Shown piece by piece: positions 56,113-64,000 of a DNA stretch of 64,000 nt. A program made the position numbers and the translations under genes. The stretch is from Strigamia acuminata (Eukaryota). A model generated the notes under the pieces. The model searched no databases. It was given only the letters and a program-made list of their open reading frames with translations, and was not told the origin of the DNA. Position 1 is the stretch's first letter, and each line of letters begins with the position of its first letter. The DNA lies in assembly GCA_949358305.1 (NCBI GenBank), contig OX442314.1, positions 2,232,001 to 2,296,000 of the forward strand, given 5' to 3'.

Positions 56113-57454
56113 GTGGTCACTGCTCCGCATTTTTTATTTATTTAATTTAATTTAATTTAATTTAATTTATTTTATTTAATTGAATTATTTAGCAATCCAC
56201 GTGAAAGAAAAATGTTAGACGATTACAGGACTTCCGTGACCAAATCGCTAGACCAGTTCGATCAGAAGCTGGGAGATGAGAAATTAAAAATGAAACGTGC
56301 ACGTAGTGCAGCGAAGCAAAATTTTGAAAGGGCAACAGCGGACATAATCGGAAAGATGATTAACTCCGTTAACAGGAAAGACCAAAAAATGCGTGAAAAA
56401 CTTGACCCTGCGGACAACGCAGGTACTAGTGGGTCCAATTAACGACAACGATTAGACACACAATGATGGCTATAATACTTTATGGCCTGAATTCATCTCA
56501 TCCATTCACGTAACAACCCAATACAAGCACAGTCAGGAGAAATTGTGGAAATAGTCAAGAGAAAGATATAAAAGGATTCCAATAAGAGACAATAAAAAGT
56601 TGGATATTAACCAAACTGAACACACAAGAAACGAAAGCCACTCTCCACCATGTTGTTGTCTTCCAACAGCAAAAACATTTTCTTGCATTTGTTAATCTTA
56701 GGTTAATCTTAGGATTTTTGCATTCAAAATGTGTTAACCATTTCTAGACACCAGATGACGCTGTAAATTGCATTCCCTTTTCAAAATGGCCAGTATGAGA
56801 AGAGGTAAGTTTGGACCTTCTACTAAAAAAAAAATTAGAGATTTTATCTCAGGATTACCGCCCGATGTAAAATTAAGCCTCGTCAGAGAAATGTCCAGCA
56901 CATCTTTTCAAACAAATGACGCAGACGGTTTGTATATAATTTTAAAAAATATAACATGTAATTTATATACATTTTTTTTTTAGAAGCAGTACAGAAAATC
57001 ATGAAAATAGTAGCAAATTTTGGGCACATACTCCGTCGTAACCGTATGAAGCGAGTGTTCATACTCAAATATTTAGAGAATCTGGGAGGAAAGATCAAGG
57101 CTATTGACCTAAAAAAGAAAAGCAAAGACCAATTGAAAAAAATATTAATTGGCTACAGGAAGCTAAAGCTGATTACAAAAAACGATCAAAAAGACAGCAA
57201 AAGCAAACGATGCTGATTGCACTGCCACAAGTGAGGTTGCTAAAGAAATCACGCGGAAAACAACAGAAGCAAGGGGCCACCAACACGCTCCTGTCCGTAA
57301 AGGGCAAAATGTGTACGAGCAAACGACCGATTAAATAGGCGTCCAGCTGCATCAAGATCTAAGTGCGGTCAAACTTCCTGCCGTAGGCATCGCAAGCTCA
57401 AAACTAACACAGAAACGCAGGCGGTAAATGGTCAAACGAACATCATGTTTTCAC

Positions 57455-57615
57455 AGCAACCGTTGATTGCGCAGGGCAACGTGGCGGTGCCACAGCAGCC
57501 GTTGGCATGGCCTTCAGAGGGGAACATTACGGTACCGCAACAGCTTTTGCCGTGGCCTGCATAGGGCAACATTATGGTTCCGCCGTTGCCGTGGCCTGCA
57601 CAGGGCAACATTAGG
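57455..57615. repeat. ~40-bp imperfect tandem repeat (GCCGTGGCCTGCAYAGGGCAACATTA)
   Basis: About four units. Confidence 0.75.
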
Positions 57616-58878
57616 GAACAGGTTTATCCTAGGTTGTCTCCTGGAAGAAGAAAGGCAAGTTTCAGCAAGATCAAGCACTCATTACAGATGAAATCCGTCG
57701 CAGACAAGTTGTAGGCATAATTAATTTCTGTTCAGAAAAACATCAAAAATGTTAATTTTTGTTCTAAGAAACATAACGAACGTTGGCCTTATGTATAAGG
57801 TTCCTTTTGCACCTTCCTTCACCATATGTATACAATTAAGTGATTGTCAGGACTCCTCCCTGACAACCGCTCAAATAAATCAGTTGCAACCCAAAATCAG
57901 TAGATACAGAAGATACAATGTCAAGTTGTTAGCAACAGAATCAAAATCAAAAGCCTATATTAGGCTTAGTAAGAGATAGATAGGTAGGTATAGGTAGAGA
58001 ATAGAGATAGAAGAAAATACCACACTGACTACTTTTCTACAGTAAATTGCACAAGGAAAGAATGTATCAAGACAGAAGAAAGCTTGAAAACAAATTGCAC
58101 AACTTTCTAATATTTAGTGCGTCAATACAACAAATTCAAAGGTGTTTACCTTATAAAAAGGAATTGCACAAATCTGGTGTACTAGAAGCAAGGTCCGCAA
58201 GGTTAGATAATTAGCGAAGGAGTAAAATAGATAAGCAGATAGGAGAAGAGAATAAGAAAATAAGAGAATAAGAGAATAAAGAGAATTAAGAGAATTCTTA
58301 ATCGTGGAATATCATTCTTGTGACTCGTATCCGAGGTAACACGGTAACATGGTATCATTCATCGGGTTCACATAAGATAAAATTTAGGGACAGACTGTTT
58401 GAAACAGCTGACTCTACGGATAATACCTTTGTACACGTATTTGGTAGTGGTATGTGTGTGTATGTGTATGTGTGTTGGTAATCGTGATGGCAATATACAA
58501 GTATCGGTAGTGTAATAAGTAGCAACCCTCTGAAAAAATGTATCCTAAATATATAAATTTTTATGTGATTTAGAACGCAGAAGTCACATGCTGTTGAGAG
58601 TGTTGCTCATCAAAGGCACGAATTTAATTCACAGTTGGAACACTTCAAAAAGCTATCGTACCAGAAATTTCTCGCACAAATAATTACAAGCACATTTTGA
58701 ACAGCAATTTTTTAGAAAGACCAGGAAAGGTTTCTTCAAAGAAGTCACCTATGGACATTGAAAAGCAAATGTTGCAATTGATGCTAATGTTGCTATCATT
58801 GAAGTTAACAAATGGAGATAAGTGAGAAGGACGGACGGCAGAGCAAAGAAGGGCATGCATTTTCTACATTTATATTTT

Positions 58879-59065
58879 CGGATTAGTTCACTTTAGCGAC
58901 GCCTGTTTAAGCTGTAAAGTGCTTAGATGCAGTTATGTTAGTTCGTTAGTTTATGTTAGTATAGGTTAGTATAGGTTATTATAGGTTAGTTCAGGTTAGT
59001 TTGGGTTAGTTTAGGTTGAAAAACGGCATCGCTATAACGGTTGTCACTAAAGTAAACCATATCCG
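58879..59065. mobile_element. MITE-like element with GGTTAG-rich interior
   Basis: Imperfect inverted ends ACTTTAGCGAC / GTCACTAAAGT enclose (GGTTAGT) repeats. Confidence 0.5.
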
Positions 59066-61104
59066 TTATTTTTCCTTATAACCACATACAAGAAGAAAAA
59101 AGGAAGAAACCACCTACCCCCACCCTACCCACATACTAATAAAATTTACAATTCAAGTGTTTGACAGAACTGTACAGTAATTACAAAATAGTACGGAGTA
59201 TTAATGTTTCCATTTTTTTAAATGTGCAGTCTAACTGCAACACGGAACACGGGTCCCACGAGGAGATACAACTCGTATCACACGAATCCTCCCACCATTA
59301 TTTCCAATAAAAGTCAAGCAATAGTCATGCTAATAATGCAGCAAGCAATAAGTGATTTAATATATTCATCATCATTTATGTATGTGATTATTTCTGTAGG
59401 AATTATTTGAAACAGATTGAAGAAAGTAAGCAAGAATCGTCCGGGACACGTAATCGTCGCTCACGGACAGGATAGGTAATCGTGACACAACTGCACTGTA
59501 TTATGCTAACTTGCATTATTGCTGGATTCACAAATCGAGAAATCATAAATACATCGACCTCAGATTTCAACATGTCTTAAAATATATTTGTGGAAACCCA
59601 CTATTACTATGTTTACATGCACAACTGGCAACAGAATTATTCGGATTAATCGAGGATTAATCGAGGATTATTCGAGTAGTGAATAATCTCTCGACCATCA
59701 GTTAATAAAGATACATTTGAATTTGAATTTTGTTTTGTCTTGTGCGTTTTTTTTTGTCAATTTGTCATTCTCAAGTAGAGGAAAAGTGCTTCAGTAATCA
59801 TCTTTCATACACCAAAATGAGCAAGAAGGATTCAAAGATAGATATAAGAGGGTATTGGCAAACTCATCCAAGACGACCCAAAAGAAAGAAACTGCAACAG
59901 TCCACTCGCCTATTTGTTGAACAACAGAATTCTTCCAAGACATGGGCTTGAGAAGAGAACCCGTAACCACTTTGACTATCTCTACAGACACAGACAAACT
60001 GAAAAAACCTTGTTTGAAAAATTGTGGAAAAAAATGTTAAAATTTTTTTTGTCTTAAATAAAATCAAGACCAGAAAATTCTCAGTTGTATGAAATTGTAA
60101 AACCATCGTGCATGTGTGTTCATTGCGGTCCTCCATAATGGAAGACCGCTCCATACACGTTAGGTTGAAATACAATATTGGCGCAGTCGCCTGGATCTGG
60201 CCTGTGCAGCCTAAAACCTGGAGATGCGACACAAGCTTGAACTCTGCTAATGCTAAATTCGGTGAACGTTTTTTGAGACCAATTGTAAATTGAAACCTAG
60301 GATACACGTGTATTTCCTTTTTTGAAACATAAACTTGTTGGCATTGGTGGCTCGTCAGTATTTTAATTGACAAATTTGTTACTTTGAATTAGTGAACAAA
60401 AAATGATTTTATTTGATTTAGACGAGACAATTTTTTAATTTGGACTTGACAGATGATGAGAATAATACACATCCCACATCCTTTAGCTTTCTATATTCTA
60501 CTTTCCTTGGGATTTTTCTAAATTTAGAGTTCTATACCCTTTTATACCCTCGGTTTTATCGTTATGCATGGTTAGTAGTTCCTCGTCACCTTTCTGCTGT
60601 GTGCAGAACACAATTAAGAATAAGGGAAAGCTCGGTCGCAATACCATTGAATGATTGGAAAATAAAACAAAAGGATAATTTATCAACACAATTGGCAGAT
60701 TTTCGTAAATGTTGTCAAGGTAGGGAGAAAAAGATAATACACAATTGGCAGATTAAATACAACAAAAACAAAAAACAGTTCATACAACGCCTAACATCTA
60801 AGACGACAAACAAATTGGGTTCTAAGAGGAAAATTGGAGTCCCACACCAAACAAGAGAGATTAGATTCCATTGAAGAACATTCAAATAAATTTGCAGCTA
60901 AAAACTCATTAGCCAACCAGTAAGCAACAAGTATAGACAAATAAAGGAGGGCGGGGCGTCTGAAAAGCAACTAACAGTTGTTGCAAGAAAAATTCAAACA
61001 AATTGGAGAGCAGCTATCACACACAAGACAGCTTGTTTGGGGCACTTTGTAAGCTCCATAGTTGTACAAGAAAAGAAGGCTTTGCAAATTTCCGTCAAAG
61101 GAAT

Positions 61105-61225
61105 AAATTAATGAAGACGCCATTTTAATGCAATTTATCGGCGGAATAAACGACGACAAGTTGCGTTTACGTTTGTTGGAGGAAGAAAGTTTGGATTTGG
61201 CGAAAGCCATCCAGTTGGCACAGCT
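61105..61225 (+). mobile_element. Gypsy gag remnant
   Basis: QFIGGINDDKLRLRLLEEESLDLAKAIQLAQ resembles Gypsy capsid C-terminal motifs. Confidence 0.65.
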
Positions 61226-62773
61226 AATATATAAAAAACAGGAAGATAACGAGCTTGACAGGTTGTCCCACGATATCGAAAAATTGCAGCCGACCACGTC
61301 TTCGGACGTGTATCGAATGGAAGAAAATCCTCAGCAGTACCTGCCAGCTTTTTCACGAGGCAGAGGATATCCAGCAACGCCTATGGTCGTCCAAACATGA
61401 CGATTGATCAATTGAGTGGCAAGTCTAAGTGATGCGGCGGGGACCACAAAGTAGTAAAATGCAAAGTGTTATCCCGGACTCATCTAGATAAAGGAAGACC
61501 GGAACGTTCATTTAACACACTAACCCCGAAAGGTCAACAGTCGAGACTTTTGGGACAAAAAAAAATGACAAAATCAGACCAATATAGGAAAAAAAACCTG
61601 CCCAAGGAAGCAACCATTCGGCATGTGTCGCCATGTCGGAACGGACTCAATTTACCTTTGAGCAAACAACCCACTTAATAGACCGTGTGATAGAAGCTTT
61701 TGTAATCATTATAATTTTGGCATTATATTTTTGGCACTGCGCACTTTCGAGTAGTCAGCCCAGCCAAAGGAGGTTCACCGTCAGAAGCATTAACTTCCAT
61801 CTGTCTAAAATCATAGAGGAAAATGTGAATATTCACCAACATTAACGTCCATAAGAAACCCACGAGTACAAAATTTTCGCAGACTAATAATTTTTTCTTT
61901 CATTTTGAGCAACCATCAGGAGAGGAAGTGCACCAGGTCTAATTGCATTTGGAGTTGTGTCTTAATTATGCCAACTATTATTTTACATTACACAATGCAC
62001 AATGCAAGGCAACAGCATTTACTGCAAGCATTGCACATCAAGACTCCATCAATCAAATTCAATCAGTGAATGAAAGTGGAAGTGGTTAAAGTGGAATAAG
62101 GAAGATAGATTCAGGTCAACAATGAGTAAATGGACCTACACTGGACTATCTGGTCATTTCTCTATCAATTTTGTCAGGATAAGTACCTTTGCATGTTTGA
62201 CTGCTTTTTTGGCAATAGGAAGCCAACAATTCAACAGTTTATCAGCATTGAGAATGACTCCCAAGGTTTGGGAAACAGTCACAATTCAAATTCACGTTAG
62301 GCCTATAAAATGGAATCCTAAATTCGAACTTCAATGAAATCAAATGTCCAGGCATTCTTCGACTGAAAAGCAACACAAGAATATTGATTGCTATTTTAGT
62401 AATTTAGTTGCAATACAGCCATCTTCACGGAACAGGAAAAAAAATTAGTTTTGCAAAGGAAATAGTTCCAAAGGAAATAGTTTGAATAGCCCAAGACAAA
62501 ACCTTGACCACAGACAAGTTGATTGTGTCATTACAATTCAAGGCTTAAAATGGAATCCAAAAATTCAACATGGAGACAGAAAATGCAACGTAAATCAAAC
62601 CATCCAAAGTTAATCCAGTTAATCCTTGGACATGTCGACATCAAATTCTTCAGAAATACCGATGGAAAAACGAATGAAAATTACAAAAAATATCGAACCG
62701 AACATGCAAAAGAGAAAACAAAACGAAGGATGAAAGCGACAAAGCGCGAAATGGAATGTAGTACTTATACTTA

Positions 62774-63094
62774 CCGTACTGCCTCGATTTAACGCCGGGG
62801 CGTTTATTCATTTTTTCTAGTTGACCCCCCCGGCGTTCATTCAAAGCCCGGCGATTATTCGCGCCGGGCGTCTACCCGAAAAAAAAAATTGGAAAGCCAC
62901 TCATTGCTAGCTATTCTTCGATGTTTCGACCAAAAGACCTCTCAAAACGTTTAAAAAACGTTTCAACCCGGCGTTTAAACAAACCCGGCGTTCATTTAAG
63001 GCCGGCGTTTATTGCCATTTCGTCCTCAGTTTGCCCGGCGCTTAATCAGGAGCCGGCGTTTAGATACGACCGGCGTTAAATCGAGGCAGTACGG
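62774..63094. mobile_element. Tc1/mariner-superfamily (Tc2/pogo-like) MITE
   Basis: 25-bp perfect TIR CCGTACTGCCTCGATTTAACGCCGG, TA on both sides, internal CCGGCG repeats. Confidence 0.92.
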
Positions 63095-63643
63095 TAACCA
63101 CGTGACTGTTGCTATGCCAACGAAAAAGCAGCGCTATTGGTAGCAATCATGATAGTTAATAACACTTGTTCCCACCAGAGCGGCGCTGCAACTAATTAGA
63201 ATTTTCACATTCATAAATAATGAATTAAAATTTTACCGCAATGAATTTTAGACAACTGTTGGAATTATTTATCCTTACCGAGTCGTCAAAATTTGTGTTC
63301 TGGGATTCAATCTGGACGGAGAAAATTGGATTTTAAATGATTAATTCGTGTGTTTATTTATACATTATGGAGTTAGTGAAAATTTGAACGATTTTATTTT
63401 ATTTAACTTACCAATTGATGTTTTTTGTTGGTCTTTTAATTGATGATGTGGGATTAACTGGTTGATGGAGATTGTCTAAACGCGGGAATGACATTTTAAA
63501 AGGAGCCCGATGTCTCGCCGCCGTCGCCATTATGATTTTACATCCGGGTAGCAAAGTCCGTGCATCTAGTGGCGGAATATCAAAGTATTAATCAATTTTT
63601 GGGAAAGAATTGCCAAAAAAATAATACCGGTAATAATAAACTA

Positions 63644-63680
63644 AATAAATAAAAATAAAATAAAATAAAATAAAATAAAA
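63644..63680. repeat. (TAAAA)n microsatellite
   Basis: Read directly. Confidence 0.9.
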
Positions 63681-64000
63681 GATGAAGCCAACCAGGCGAA
63701 GATTTTTCACAATCTTTGGTCTTGATCCTACACCATTTTAACAAGTGAACAAAACATTCTTCTCAGTGAGGTTGCATATCTCACGTGAAACGCACCTGGT
63801 TAAATGAATAAATTAATTACATTAAATTATTTATATTAAATTGCGACAGAAGATAAAAGTCGAGCATTGCTTTGGTGAGTGGTTCGGCAAAGAGTCGCAG
63901 AGAGGAAACCATTCGTAGCATCGTAAATTTGCTTTATAAATCTGCTGTTTTCCGTTTCCGTTTTCATTTGCCCTCAAAACCGTCAACGCCATTCGTTTTC

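Noticed and set aside
58930..59020. Telomeric TTAGG repeats
   Set aside because: Degenerate ~10-bp units enclosed by inverted ends; better explained as MITE interior.

Overview
AT-rich eukaryotic (invertebrate, arthropod-like) genomic window dominated by transposons. Left to right: the 5' end of a long-LTR retrotransposon on the minus strand (tRNA-Gln PBS, gag-like ORF running off the window); a decayed LRR gene; an intact 3-exon Ly6/uPAR (quiver-like) gene; a 5-exon NMDA-receptor-2-like gene that stops after the N-terminal domain; a full-length, apparently young 14.0-kb Ty3/Gypsy element (12605-26608, 672-bp LTRs, GCAC TSD); an intact BEL/Pao element (27104-32985, ATCTC TSD) inserted into an inverted duplication of Tc1 sequence; and a right half that is a patchwork of duplications, MITEs, Gypsy remnants and host-gene fragments (GALM, MLH3, dynein heavy chain). 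The most unusual object is the 14-kb Gypsy. Its Pol has a ~460-aa basic/Pro/Ser-rich insert between RNase H and integrase that carries several SxIP (EB1 microtubule-tip-binding-like) motifs and an AT-hook. It also has a third, non-env ~757-aa ORF with a CxxCxGxG zinc finger and a SKIP motif, and a long 3' UTR with repeated structured RNA motifs. All family assignments come from motif recognition by eye; no searches were run.
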